A DNA stretch of 64,000 bases from contig JAVJWO010000108.1 of assembly GCA_040222015.1 (NCBI GenBank), positions 15,240 to 79,239 of the forward strand, written 5' to 3'. Source of the DNA: Coleofasciculus chthonoplastes F2-STO-03 (GTDB lineage Bacteria > Cyanobacteriota > Cyanobacteriia > Cyanobacteriales > Coleofasciculaceae). This document shows positions 21,367-31,639 of the stretch, in pieces (the stretch's first letter is position 1; each line of letters opens with the position of its first letter). The notes beneath the pieces were generated by a model, which worked only from the letters and a program-made list of their open reading frames with translations, was not told the origin of the DNA and searched no databases. A program made the translations under genes and the position numbers.

Positions 21367-21851
21367 TCAACCCAATGTCTGGGTAATCCCCAAATATAGA
21401 GAAGAGTAATCTTCATCTGCTAACCCAGCATTTTGGGCATTTTCAACAACTTGGCGCACACCTGCAAAACTACTTGCCTCTAACCCTTCTGCTTTGGCTT
21501 CACTAAGGAATAAATTAATATCTTTAAGTAAATGTTTTAGGGGAAAATTGGGATCAGCAAAATTACTGTCTTGCATCCGATTTAACTTCTTATCAAATTT
21601 AATGCATCCTGGCAACTATCGGATAGTGCCACCTGTCGAATCGCATTCGCATCCGCCAACATTAAAATAACGCAATCGGCAGCCGCGATCGCATCCGCCG
21701 CAGAATCAGTTGTTTCGGCACCTGCATTCCTGAGAGGTTCTAGCTTAGACGAGGTGCGATTGTACGCCACGACTGGTATTTCCCCATCCAGTAACCGTTG
21801 CGCCATGGGTTGTCCCATTAATCCTGTACCGAGAAATCCTACCTTAACCAT
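21367..21851 (-). pseudogene. NAD(P)-dependent 3-hydroxyisobutyrate-dehydrogenase-family gene with internal deletion and frameshift
   Basis: N-terminal GFLGTGLMGQPMA Rossmann part (21582-21851) joins out of frame to the C-terminal FDKKLNRM...NFPLKHLLKD part; the central region is absent. Confidence 0.8.
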
Positions 21852-21977
21852 AGATTTGTCTTTAGGTTGACGACATCAAAACACTCCCTTGCAATCTTGC
21901 AGCCACTGCTTGACTATGACACCTATCTGTTGAGGGATTTCTTTATTTCTGAAGAAATGACATAAGACTAATGACAA

Positions 21978-23675
21978 TTACCCTTTCCACCAACGCTCCT
22001 CTTGCACGAGTGTATGCATTTGCCAATTCGGATCAGGTTGAGGATAATCTAAGCGGTAATGTCCGCCGCGACTTTCTGTCCGAAACAGGGCGCTTTTCAA
22101 AATTAAGTAAGCTATATCTAATAAGTTAGATGTTTCTCCCCAAGTTCGCACTAGGTAATCGGCATTCGGGACATCAAGTTGAACTGTCTTATGTGGCGTT
22201 AAATCCCGTAACTGTTGGCTTAAAGGCAATGTAGCAAATTCAGACTGCCAGACTTCCACCTGCGCGATCGCACGTTCTAGCTTTTGTGCAGATCGACAAA
22301 TCCCAGCACTTTGCCAGACTAAACGTTTTAACTGATCTTGCATCACCAGCATTTTATCCGTTTTCGTGGCTTCATCAGATAAGGTTAATGGAGAAATAGA
22401 ACCCAATTCCTGAGTCAATATCGATCGATCTGGTGTTAATTCCCTCAACTGAGCGCCAAATACAATACATTCCAATAGCGAATTACTGGCTAGACGATTC
22501 GCACCATGAACACCTGTATTTGCCGTTTCACCCACGGCATATAAATTAGGAATAGAGGTACATGTCATTAAATCCGTAGCAATTCCCCCCATCCAATAAT
22601 GGGCGGCGGGGGCGACAGGAATCATATCCCGAAATACATCAACTCCCCATTGCTGGCAAACTTGGATAATATTCGGAAATCGGTGGCGAATCCGATCATC
22701 GGGAATGGGTTGCAAATCTAAATAGACATGACTGGTGGCTGGATCAGGTTTAGTTTTCTGTAAATGACTAAAAATTGCCCGACTCACCACATCTCTGGGC
22801 GCGAGTTCGCCATCAGGATGATACTCAAAGGCAAAACGGTGTCCCTGATCATCCACCAGATGCGCCCCTTCTCCCCGCACCGCTTCGCTGATCAGAAAAT
22901 GAGGCGCTCCCGGTTTGGTTAACGCTGTGGGATGAAATTGGACAAATTCCAAGTCTTTGAGAATCGCACTCGCCCGCCACGCGATCGCAACTCCATCTCC
23001 GGTACTGACATCGGGATTCGTCGTCTGGGCAAAAACTTGACCGCCGCCTCCTGTAGCCAGGACAACCGCCCCCGCCCGTATCCAACTGATGTGACCTTGA
23101 TACATGAGTTGGACACCCTGACAATGACCTGTTTCAGGATTCAGCCAGACAGATAAAGCAAACGCCTGCTGAAGCACCGTAATATTAGATTGGCGCAAGA
23201 CTAAGGCAGTAAGCGTACTCACTACCGCCCGCCCTGTGGTATCTGCCGCATGGAGAACCCGGGGACGAGAATGAGCCGCTTCTAAGGTTAACGCTAACTG
23301 CTCCCCCCGTCGATCAAACGTCACCCCCATCTCCACTAACGAGCGAATGCGATCGGGCGCTTGTTGAGCCAGAAACGTCACAGCATCAGCATCACAAAGA
23401 CCCGCCCCTGCCCGAAGTGTATCCTCAACATGCAACACTGGGGAATCTCCGGGGGCAATAGCCGCCGCAATACCGCCCTGCGCCCAGTCACTAGCACCGA
23501 TGGATAGAGTATCTTTGGTTATCAGTGCAACATTTAAGCGATCGGGTAGACAGAGGGCGGCATAAAGTCCAGCCGCGCCAGCACCTACAACGACGACATC
23601 AAACTGGGTTGGCTGATGGAGTGGCGATTGAGAATTGTCAGGAACAGAAATCATAGTTAGTCCAAATATAGTCAA
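21978..23675 (-). CDS. nadB: L-aspartate oxidase
   Basis: WAQGGIAA, LEAAHSRPR, QFHPT, LISEAVRGEG, HGANRLASNSLLEC, ESRGGHYR. Confidence 0.96.
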   Translation of the reverse strand: MTIFGLTMISVPDNSQSPLHQPTQFDVVVVGAGAAGLYAALCLPDRLNVALITKDTLSIGASDWAQGGIAAAIAPGDSPVLHVEDTLRAGAGLCDADAVTFLAQQAPDRIRSLVEMGVTFDRRGEQLALTLEAAHSRPRVLHAADTTGRAVVSTLTALVLRQSNITVLQQAFALSVWLNPETGHCQGVQLMYQGHISWIRAGAVVLATGGGGQVFAQTTNPDVSTGDGVAIAWRASAILKDLEFVQFHPTALTKPGAPHFLISEAVRGEGAHLVDDQGHRFAFEYHPDGELAPRDVVSRAIFSHLQKTKPDPATSHVYLDLQPIPDDRIRHRFPNIIQVCQQWGVDVFRDMIPVAPAAHYWMGGIATDLMTCTSIPNLYAVGETANTGVHGANRLASNSLLECIVFGAQLRELTPDRSILTQELGSISPLTLSDEATKTDKMLVMQDQLKRLVWQSAGICRSAQKLERAIAQVEVWQSEFATLPLSQQLRDLTPHKTVQLDVPNADYLVRTWGETSNLLDIAYLILKSALFRTESRGGHYRLDYPQPDPNWQMHTLVQEERWWKG

Positions 23676-23860
23676 ATATTTGAGGAGACATGGGAATCTT
23701 CACCTCCCCAAGGGCAATGTAGAGACGCGCCATGGCGCGTCTCTACACCGGACAGGTTTTCATCCCTCTACCCTCTGTCATCTGCCTTGATCCTTGTGTA
23801 AAAAATAACCCACCCCCAACAGGAGTGGGTTGAACTAGGAATTTCCTGGATTATCCGAGT

Positions 23861-24316
23861 TTAGTAGACGCCGGGATTGTAGCGGTCGTCACCTTCGTTG
23901 TAAACGTCCGCTGTATCGGTCACAGTGAATGCATCCAGATTGTCTTTTAGCACCTGCTTTTGCCGATCAGTCAATCCGGGAATCTCCAGCACTTCCTCTA
24001 CATCGTCGTAGGGAGCATTCTGGATGATCAATGATGCTAATGTCGGGAACATCCCCCGATACTTGCGAAACGCTCGGATATGAGTATTGTTCAAATCCAG
24101 CTTTTGACCATACTCTGTTTCCAGCTTGGCATCGGCTGGATTCCGTAGAGTCGTCTCAGCCAGTAACATCGGGGACCCATTCTGGATCGCGTTACTCAAA
24201 GACACGCCCGGAGTCCAGGACATTGGTGCTGCGATCGCGCTTTGGGAGAAACCCAACCATCCTAAGCAGCCCACTAACAGTCCCCATACCACTAACACAC
24301 GAACCAATCGTTTCAT
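23861..24316 (-). CDS. psbU: Photosystem II 12-kDa extrinsic protein
   Basis: Signal peptide; RNPADAKL...KLDLNN...RGMFPTLA...[15 protein letters not shown]...DRYNPGVY. Confidence 0.95.
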   Translation of the reverse strand: MKRLVRVLVVWGLLVGCLGWLGFSQSAIAAPMSWTPGVSLSNAIQNGSPMLLAETTLRNPADAKLETEYGQKLDLNNTHIRAFRKYRGMFPTLASLIIQNAPYDDVEEVLEIPGLTDRQKQVLKDNLDAFTVTDTADVYNEGDDRYNPGVY

Positions 24317-24628
24317 TAACTCTCCTCCTTACTCAGACACATTGAAGACCAAGAGAGAACTGCCGTTCTACAACACTTGGACAAAGCTAGACAATATTGG
24401 ATCTTCTTAGACATCATCCGGATTGCTTCCTGTTTCACTCTGGCGGTGTCGGCACTCAACCAGTCCACAGGCTTAACATCGGACGGAACTCGCCCTACTT
24501 AAAATCTGTATTTGTTTTCTATCCTCTCATGAAAAATGCTAAATAGTTCTAAAAGTCTACCGGAAAACCGGGGTTTTGTGGGAAGATTAAAAATTGTCTC
24601 TGTTGACGAAAGAATCAGGAAATTAGCT

Positions 24629-25267
24629 ATGGCTCTGCGATTAGGCGACACTGTTCCCAACTTCACGCAATCCTCTAGTGAAGGCGAAATCAACTTCTAT
24701 GACTGGGCAGGGGATAGCTGGGTCGTGTTATTCTCCCACCCAGCTGACTATACACCCGTTTGCACCACAGAGTTAGGCGAGGTTGCCAAGCTCAAACCCG
24801 AATTTGACAAGCGCAATGCTAAAGTCATCGCCTTGAGTGTTGACGATGCGGAGTCTCATCAGGGTTGGATTCAAGACATCAACGAAACCCAGAATACGAC
24901 CGTCAACTACCCGGTTTTGGCAGATGCGGATAAAAAGGTGTCTGATCTGTACGACATGATTCATCCCAACGCCAATGCTAGTGTTACGGTACGCACCGTC
25001 TTTGTCATTGATCCCCAGAAAAAACTGCGCCTGACCATCACCTATCCTCCCAGCACCGGTCGCAACTTTGACGAAATCTTGCGGGTGATTGACTCCCTAC
25101 AGCTTACGGATCATCATCAGGTTGCCACTCCCGTGAATTGGAAAGATGGGGATGAGTGCGTAATTGTCCCCTCTCTGAAAGACCCAGAGGTTTTAAAAGA
25201 AAAATTCCCCAAAGGTTACACCGAAGTCAAGCCTTACCTGCGGATGACCCCTCAACCCAACAAGTAA
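24629..25267 (+). CDS. 1-Cys peroxiredoxin (Prx6)
   Basis: MALRLGD...FSHPADYTPVCTTE...YPPSTGRNFDEILRV; start set at the ATG after AGGA. Confidence 0.95.
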   Translation: MALRLGDTVPNFTQSSSEGEINFYDWAGDSWVVLFSHPADYTPVCTTELGEVAKLKPEFDKRNAKVIALSVDDAESHQGWIQDINETQNTTVNYPVLADADKKVSDLYDMIHPNANASVTVRTVFVIDPQKKLRLTITYPPSTGRNFDEILRVIDSLQLTDHHQVATPVNWKDGDECVIVPSLKDPEVLKEKFPKGYTEVKPYLRMTPQPNK

Positions 25268-25313
25268 GGGTTAAGGTAGTGGCGTGGCGCAGCCCTCACT
25301 CCATAGTTAAAAA

Positions 25314-25430
25314 GTAGGGGAAGCAGGGGGAGCTCTTGAAGCAGGGGGAGCAGGGGAAGTAGGGGAAGCAGGGGGAGCAGGGGAAGCGGTGTAGAGACGT
25401 AGCAGGCTACGTCTGGAAGCAGGGGGAGTT
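25314..25430 (+). repeat. Short tandem repeats (AGGGG(A/G)AGC-type nonamers) interleaved with REP-like elements
   Basis: Repeated agggggagc/aggggaagc units; the complementary cttccccag array occurs at ~58085-58145. Confidence 0.8.
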
Positions 25431-25557
25431 CCTCCTGTAGGGGCGGGTTTGACCGATAACATTTTGGCACAAACTAATAACTTGACTAAACCCGCCCTTC
25501 TCTGGGAACAGGGGAGGTACAGAAAAAGGACAATAAAGCAGCAACCTTGTAAAGCAA

Positions 25558-26535
25558 ATGGATATTAAAGACGGCTTTGTCGGCACAGTAGGGAATACCC
25601 CTCTAATTCGATTAAATAGCTTCAGCGCAGAAACAGGCTGTGAAATCCTGGGAAAAGCTGAGTTTCTTAATCCTGGCGGTTCTGTCAAAGACCGCGCCGC
25701 CCTCTATATTATTCAAGATGCTGAAGACAAAGGGTTACTCAAGCCTGGTGGTACAGTTGTTGAAGGAACGGCTGGTAATACGGGTATTGGTTTAGCGCAT
25801 ATTTGCAACGCGAAGGGATATAAGTGCCTAATTATCATTCCCGAAACTCAATCCCAAGAGAAAATGGATGCATTAAGGACGCTAGGTGCCGAAGTGCGTC
25901 CGGTTCCGGCTGTACCGTATAAAGACCCAAATAATTACGTTAAGCTATCGGGACGAACTGCCGAAGAGATGGAGAATGCAATTTGGGCAAATCAGTTTGA
26001 TAATTTAGCCAATCGACAGGCACATTACGAAACCACGGGACCCGAAATTTGGGAACAAACCGATGGTAACGTTGATGCTTGGGTGGCGGCGACAGGGACA
26101 GGGGGAACATTCGCTGGGGTGTCTATGTTTCTGAAAGAAAAGAATCCCCAGATTAAATCGATTGTGGCTGACCCGATGGGGAGTGGGTTGTACAGTTACG
26201 TGAAGACGGGCGAAATTAACACAGAAGGGAATTCTATTACTGAAGGGATTGGGAACAGCCGAATTACTGCCAATATGCAAGGCGTTCCCATTGATGATGC
26301 GATTCAAATTGATGACCAAGAAGCGGTGCGGGTGATTTACCAACTGCTGGAAAAAGATGGTTTATTCATGGGTGGTTCTGTGGGAATTAATGTCGGTGCA
26401 GCCGTAGCTTTAGCCAAAGAAATGGGACCCGGACATACAATTGTGACGGTGCTGTGTGATAGCGGTTCGCGTTATCAATCGCGGCTTTACAATCGGGAGT
26501 GGTTGGCGCAAAAGGGGCTGTTACCTGAATGTTAG
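25558..26535 (+). CDS. cysK: Cysteine synthase A
   Basis: VGNTPL, KAEFLNPGGSVKDR, EGTAGNTG, GTGGT. Confidence 0.93.
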   Translation: MDIKDGFVGTVGNTPLIRLNSFSAETGCEILGKAEFLNPGGSVKDRAALYIIQDAEDKGLLKPGGTVVEGTAGNTGIGLAHICNAKGYKCLIIIPETQSQEKMDALRTLGAEVRPVPAVPYKDPNNYVKLSGRTAEEMENAIWANQFDNLANRQAHYETTGPEIWEQTDGNVDAWVAATGTGGTFAGVSMFLKEKNPQIKSIVADPMGSGLYSYVKTGEINTEGNSITEGIGNSRITANMQGVPIDDAIQIDDQEAVRVIYQLLEKDGLFMGGSVGINVGAAVALAKEMGPGHTIVTVLCDSGSRYQSRLYNREWLAQKGLLPEC

Positions 26536-26765
26536 CGGTACATCATCACATCTGTAGAGACCAAACATGGACGGTCTCTACAATTGCTGGATTATTATTC
26601 ATATTCTCGTTAATTTGTCAACCTCTAGGGGTTGGACTGATGTTCTAGAGTGAGTTGATCAGTAACAGGACTTACGCTGCTACACCATCTATAGCGGGAA
26701 TGGTGCGTTACGCTGCGCTAACACACCCTACAGATAGAGACTGTGCGTAAGTCTTAAGTAAGCAA

Positions 26766-27083
26766 TCATTTTGTCCCTTGGGTGAAGCGTTGCACTGTCA
26801 ATTGGATGGCTAAAGCCACCAAGCCAACAGCCACAAGACTAAAGACAGCCGTGGCGAGAGTACTGATTCCCACAACTAAAGTACGAACCGCGATCGCAAT
26901 ATTAATCGCCGTCACATTCCCAGAGGGTAGAGGCTTATTCGCTAAGGATTGGGCAATAGCGGTTGTCAGCCAGTATCCCGCGATCGCCAGAGAACCGGAT
27001 ATCAAGGCTGAAATTAAGCAGCGCAAGGGAGTCGGCGGTGTTTGTTCGGTAGTTGTGGGTTGGTTATCGGGATTAGTGGTCAT
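26766..27083 (-). CDS. DUF3082-like membrane protein
   Basis: PTPLRCLISALISG...NIAIAVRTLVVG..LATAVF pattern with two TM segments. Confidence 0.75.
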   Translation of the reverse strand: MTTNPDNQPTTTEQTPPTPLRCLISALISGSLAIAGYWLTTAIAQSLANKPLPSGNVTAINIAIAVRTLVVGISTLATAVFSLVAVGLVALAIQLTVQRFTQGTK

Positions 27084-27165
27084 GAATCTGATATCTAGGG
27101 TTTCATCCTTTATTTATTATGAGTGATTTGCCGGACATCACATTACCCTGTAGAGACGTAGCATG

Positions 27166-27741
27166 CTACGTCTCTACTTTGTCATAAATATCTGCCAGGG
27201 TTATTTGGAATGAGAAAGAGTTGAGAGAAACGATTTCATCGGCATCATCATACTCATAAAATATCCAGCGTTTTCGCTCAGTTTTTAAATAGTACTCAAT
27301 GTGCATCGTGTATTGGTCAATTAAGAGATATTCCTGAAAGCTGGGAATCGTTCGATAGGCGGCAAATTTTGCATCTTTGTCATAGCTTCGGGTGGATTCT
27401 GACAACACTTCAGCAATAATCAAAGGATTAGTAATCGTGTCTCGCCGTCCTTCTTGAAATTGCAATTCACCCTGAACGACCATGATATCAGGATAGGTGT
27501 AGAGGCGTTTTCGAGGAATCCAGAGGCGTTGATCGGTGACAAATACTCGATAAGGTTGACGCTTGAGTGCAAAATTCAGTGCCGCGTAAAAGTTGCCAGC
27601 AATTTGATTATGATTAGGGGTTCCGCCAGTCATCAGGACAATTTCGCCATTAATGAATTCATGTCGGTTTTCTGAGTTAACTTCAAACTCCAAGTAGTCT
27701 TCAAGAGTATAAATCTTTTTGTCTTCAGCTTGCATAATCAT
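27166..27741 (-). CDS. Uma2 family endonuclease
   Basis: YTLEDYLEFE...RHEFINGEI..MTGG...YPDIMVV...EVLSEST...EYLLIDQ; start at MIMQAED. Confidence 0.9.
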   Translation of the reverse strand: MIMQAEDKKIYTLEDYLEFEVNSENRHEFINGEIVLMTGGTPNHNQIAGNFYAALNFALKRQPYRVFVTDQRLWIPRKRLYTYPDIMVVQGELQFQEGRRDTITNPLIIAEVLSESTRSYDKDAKFAAYRTIPSFQEYLLIDQYTMHIEYYLKTERKRWIFYEYDDADEIVSLNSFSFQITLADIYDKVET

Positions 27742-27775
27742 TTTATTTAATCTCCCAAGTGTTTGACGTTTAATT

Positions 27776-28015
27776 ATGTCTACTTGCTTACATCGACGTT
27801 TTCTTAATCCTATCCCACAACAAAACCCATTTCGACAGACTATTCTGGAGATTCTGGCGAACTGGCGTATCACTGTCAACGAAAGCGAAAATTTAAGTGA
27901 ACTGGATCAGGAATTGTCGAGTGCGATCGCGCCGATGTTACAGTTACCTCCTCAAGAGTTAACTTCCCTGCTGATTACCCTTTCTCGTGAGCAATTGTTA
28001 GAACGGTTGGGATAG
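27776..28015 (+). pseudogene. Fragment of a repetitive cyanobacterial nuclease-associated family (C-terminal LSREQLLER type)
   Basis: Short ORF ending LLITLSREQLLERLG; appears truncated or internally deleted. Confidence 0.4.
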
Positions 28016-28253
28016 TTGTTTAGAAGTCATAAGTTATCGAGCAAAAATTTTAGTATTCTGTGTTACATTGTTCAGGGAGTTTACCGTTGGATCGATTACT
28101 GAATTGGGTTTCTCGTGTTGCTGCGCTACGCTAATTAAAGTTATTTCGATTCCCCGGTTCTGATCAGCAGACGACAAGGTATCGATAATTGAGACCGATA
28201 GCCGATCGCTTTCCCATCGAGGACATCTCTCAAACGTCAGTAACGAGGTTACC

Positions 28254-29198
28254 GTGCAGCTAAAACAAGTGATTATCGCCCACAAAGCCAGAGACTCCCA
28301 AGGTCAAGCTTGGGCGGAAAAATGCGCTCGGCAATTGGAACAACGCGGTTGTCATGTCCTGATTGGACCAAGTAGTGCCAAGGATAATCCCTATCCTGTG
28401 TTTTTGGCATCCGTGATGCACAATATTGATCTGGCGGTGGTGCTGGGAGGAGATGGCGCTGCCTTAGCCGCCGCACGACACCTTGCCCCCGCCGGTATCC
28501 CAATTTTGGCGATTAATATTGGTGGACATCTAGGATTTCTGACAGAACCCTTTGAAGCGTTCAAAGATACCGAACGGATATGGGATCGGATTAGCGAAGA
28601 TCGCTATGCTGTGCAGCGACGCATGATGATCGAAGCCTATTTGTTTGAAGGGGATTCCCGCCAGGATAACTTGGCCACACGTACTAATCTCGAACCGATC
28701 AGCGATCGCTATTTGGCGCTGAATGAAATGTGCGTCAAACCCGCCTCAGCCGATCGCATGATTACCTCGATTCTGGAAATGGAAATTGACGGAGAAGTCG
28801 TCGATCAGTATCAAGGGGATGGATTGATTGTCTCCACACCAACCGGTTCCACCTGCTACACCTTATCCGCCAATGGTCCAATTCTCCATGATGGCATGGA
28901 AGCGATCGCGGTGACGCCGATTTGTCCTTTAAGTCTATCCAGTCGTCCCTTAGTCTTACCTGCGGGTTCCATCGTCAGCATTTGGCCCCTCGGCGATTAT
29001 GAACTCAACACCAAGCTGTGGATGGATGGGGTAATGGCAACCCCGATTTGGCCCGGACAACGGGTGGATGTGCGTAAGGCAGATTGCTATGCTAAGTTTA
29101 TTGTTCTCCGCGAAAATAATTCCTACTATAAAACTTTACGGGAAAAACTCCAGTGGGCGGGGGCAAGATTTCATTACAGTAATAATCACCGACATTAA
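28254..29198 (+). CDS. nadK: NAD(+) kinase
   Basis: LGGDG, GHLGFL, ALNE, GDGLIVSTPTGSTCY. Confidence 0.95.
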   Translation: MQLKQVIIAHKARDSQGQAWAEKCARQLEQRGCHVLIGPSSAKDNPYPVFLASVMHNIDLAVVLGGDGAALAAARHLAPAGIPILAINIGGHLGFLTEPFEAFKDTERIWDRISEDRYAVQRRMMIEAYLFEGDSRQDNLATRTNLEPISDRYLALNEMCVKPASADRMITSILEMEIDGEVVDQYQGDGLIVSTPTGSTCYTLSANGPILHDGMEAIAVTPICPLSLSSRPLVLPAGSIVSIWPLGDYELNTKLWMDGVMATPIWPGQRVDVRKADCYAKFIVLRENNSYYKTLREKLQWAGARFHYSNNHRH

Positions 29199-29363
29199 TT
29201 GATGTAGAGACTCCTCATGCTACGTCTGAATTTTGAATGTGTAGGGGCGGGTTTTACTACTATCGTTTCTAACCTAACCCAGATGTAACTCGCGCCCGCC
29301 CCGATCTAATTTTGAGTCACTAACGTTTGGGCAAGAATGCGCGAGTTCCTACAGGTATGAGTA

Positions 29364-30707
29364 TTAAACCGCCAGACTAGAAATTCTGGAATAAATCGCA
29401 TTAAATTTTCCATTGGGAACCAAACCTAGGGAATCCGTAGCAAAATCGCGTTTAAGTCGTTTAACCTGATACATATCAATTTCTCCTTTATTTTTAGCCG
29501 CAATTTTACCCCGATAGTCACACTCAAAAAAATCCTTAACCTGATCAAACGTCGCTTGGGAAATATTAATCGTTCCCGGAATCGCAGATGATTCCATCCG
29601 GGATGCTGTATTTACCGTATCCCCCCATACATCATAGGTAAATTTATTCCGCCCAATCACACCCGCGAGTAAGGAGCCTGAGTGAATACCAATCCGAATC
29701 TGCCAATAGGGTTCATTTTTATGCCTCTTTTCAATTTGTCGCCAGTGAATAAAAGTTTGGATTTGTAAAGCTGCCATAACCGTGTCAATCGCATGAGTTG
29801 ATTTGGCGACGGGAATACCAGAGACTGCCATATAACTATCACCAATTGTTTTTATTTTTTCCAGATTATACACTTCACTGACTAAATCAAAAAACGAGAA
29901 ACAATAATCTAATTCCTGAACTAGGGCTTCGGGTGAGAGTTGTTCAGCGATTTGAGTGAAGTCCTTAAAATCAGTAAATAAAACCGTGGCACAGTCATAA
30001 TAAACCGGCTTTACTTTTCCCGTTTCCTTTAACTCATGGGCAATCGGTTCAGGGAGAATATTTAACAAGAGTTGATCAGATTTACGTCGTTCTCTTTCCA
30101 GACTTGAGTAAAGGACGTTCATTTCTGCCAACAGCTTTTTCATTTCCTGAAAACATCTGGCATTGCGAATCGCACTAGCTAATTGTACCGCCAGTAAATA
30201 GCCGATGCGTAAATCTTCTTGGGAATAGGCTGAGGGTTGGCTCGTGGCAAAATTTAGCGAACCGATAACTTGATCATCTCTAGCTAGGGGCAGAATGATT
30301 TTAGAGGGATAGGCAGATAAAAATGTATCGCTGGAATCGGGAGGATTGAGTTGAGATTGTCCAGTTTTGAGAACAAAACTGATGGGTTTTTTTTCGCAAA
30401 TGAGACAATCCTGACAGTCAATTTGAGAACCAAATAGAGTGATTAAGCGAAATGTACTATCGTCGTTTTTGAGACAGACACTGCAATGCTGAAAATCCAA
30501 TAACCACTTCGCTTGTTTACTGAGAATTTGTAGTATTTCTTCTAGATTTAAGGAGCGGTTAATGGAATTAGAAATTTCATTGACTGCGGCAATTCGGGAT
30601 GAAAGCGCCTGGATTTGAGTCAGCAACTGTCGGGTAGTTTGCAGGAGTTGTTCCCGATCCTGATCTTCGATCTGATGATTACTGCTGGCAAATAAAGAAA
30701 AACTCAT
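29364..30707 (-). CDS. GAF-domain class III adenylate/guanylate cyclase
   Basis: GAF region, then LLLNILP, VLFTDFKDFT, KIKTIGDSYM, RIGIHSG, YDVWGDTVNTASRMES. Confidence 0.92.
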   Translation of the reverse strand: MSFSLFASSNHQIEDQDREQLLQTTRQLLTQIQALSSRIAAVNEISNSINRSLNLEEILQILSKQAKWLLDFQHCSVCLKNDDSTFRLITLFGSQIDCQDCLICEKKPISFVLKTGQSQLNPPDSSDTFLSAYPSKIILPLARDDQVIGSLNFATSQPSAYSQEDLRIGYLLAVQLASAIRNARCFQEMKKLLAEMNVLYSSLERERRKSDQLLLNILPEPIAHELKETGKVKPVYYDCATVLFTDFKDFTQIAEQLSPEALVQELDYCFSFFDLVSEVYNLEKIKTIGDSYMAVSGIPVAKSTHAIDTVMAALQIQTFIHWRQIEKRHKNEPYWQIRIGIHSGSLLAGVIGRNKFTYDVWGDTVNTASRMESSAIPGTINISQATFDQVKDFFECDYRGKIAAKNKGEIDMYQVKRLKRDFATDSLGLVPNGKFNAIYSRISSLAV

Positions 30708-30787
30708 TCCTATCCCTCATCCCATCATAGGGTAAGCCACGGCGCGTCTACATATCTCACTTGTTTATTATTATTCATCCCCTATTG

Positions 30788-31330
30788 TTATAGGGTATCA
30801 ACTTCTAGAGCGATCGCGTCGGTATATTGGTTGATAGCGGTAAATAGGTTAGCGGTGGTAATGAGTTCAAAGATTTCTGATTGATCTAATCCCAACTCGT
30901 ACAGGTGTTGATAGTCTGCATCACTGAGTTGATGGGGTTTCGTCGCCGCGAGCAAACCAAAGCGAATTACGGCTTTTTCGCGTTCGGGTAAAGGACAGTT
31001 GTCAAAGTCGCTGACAAGCATTTGTAATACTTGTTCGCTAATTCCCAGTGCGGATAAGCTATGTAGGTGAACCTTCAGCGCATAATCACTACTATTTGCC
31101 TGGGAGATAGCCACACCAATCATTTCCTTAATCGTGCGGGGAATAGTGCCTTTTAAAATAGTGGATCGAAACTGTTTCCAGGTGGTGGATAAAAACTCGG
31201 GACGAATCGCCATGGATTTGAATAAATTGGGTATCATACCAAATCCCAATTCGGCGCTAATTTCGGCGTAGGTATCTTGGACGAGGGGATGGGTGATCTG
31301 ATGTGCGTCTTGCAGGGGAAATTGTGCCAT
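30788..31330 (-). CDS. AhpD/carboxymuconolactone decarboxylase-like protein
   Basis: GMIPNLFKSMA...KEMIGVAISQAN...HL; the usual CxxC position reads SDYA. Confidence 0.8.
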   Translation of the reverse strand: MAQFPLQDAHQITHPLVQDTYAEISAELGFGMIPNLFKSMAIRPEFLSTTWKQFRSTILKGTIPRTIKEMIGVAISQANSSDYALKVHLHSLSALGISEQVLQMLVSDFDNCPLPEREKAVIRFGLLAATKPHQLSDADYQHLYELGLDQSEIFELITTANLFTAINQYTDAIALEVDTL

Positions 31331-31639
31331 AATTACCTCAAAAATGGTTGCGTTTAGGTAATACCATGTATTACGCTGGATTGAGTTATCTTTTCACCTG
31401 TTCTGGGTTGGCAAGAGAGGACGTACTCCTGGGTAAAAACCAAGTGACGGGGTTCATGGTAATCACCAATCAACCCGGAACGATGAACGGTAAATTTCAG
31501 TAAATGCCCCTAAAACGCTCGTCAAATTCCTGCGGTTCTCTGGTGCATTGCCGGAATTGACTAGAGTAAGGATAATAAAACTCTAACCATAAATATCAGT
31601 TCTGGGGTTAATTGTCTACCCAAAAGCTAGCGAAACATA

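Noticed and set aside
31358..31374. NtcA site
   Set aside because: Spacing is GTA-N11-TAC, not GTA-N8-TAC.
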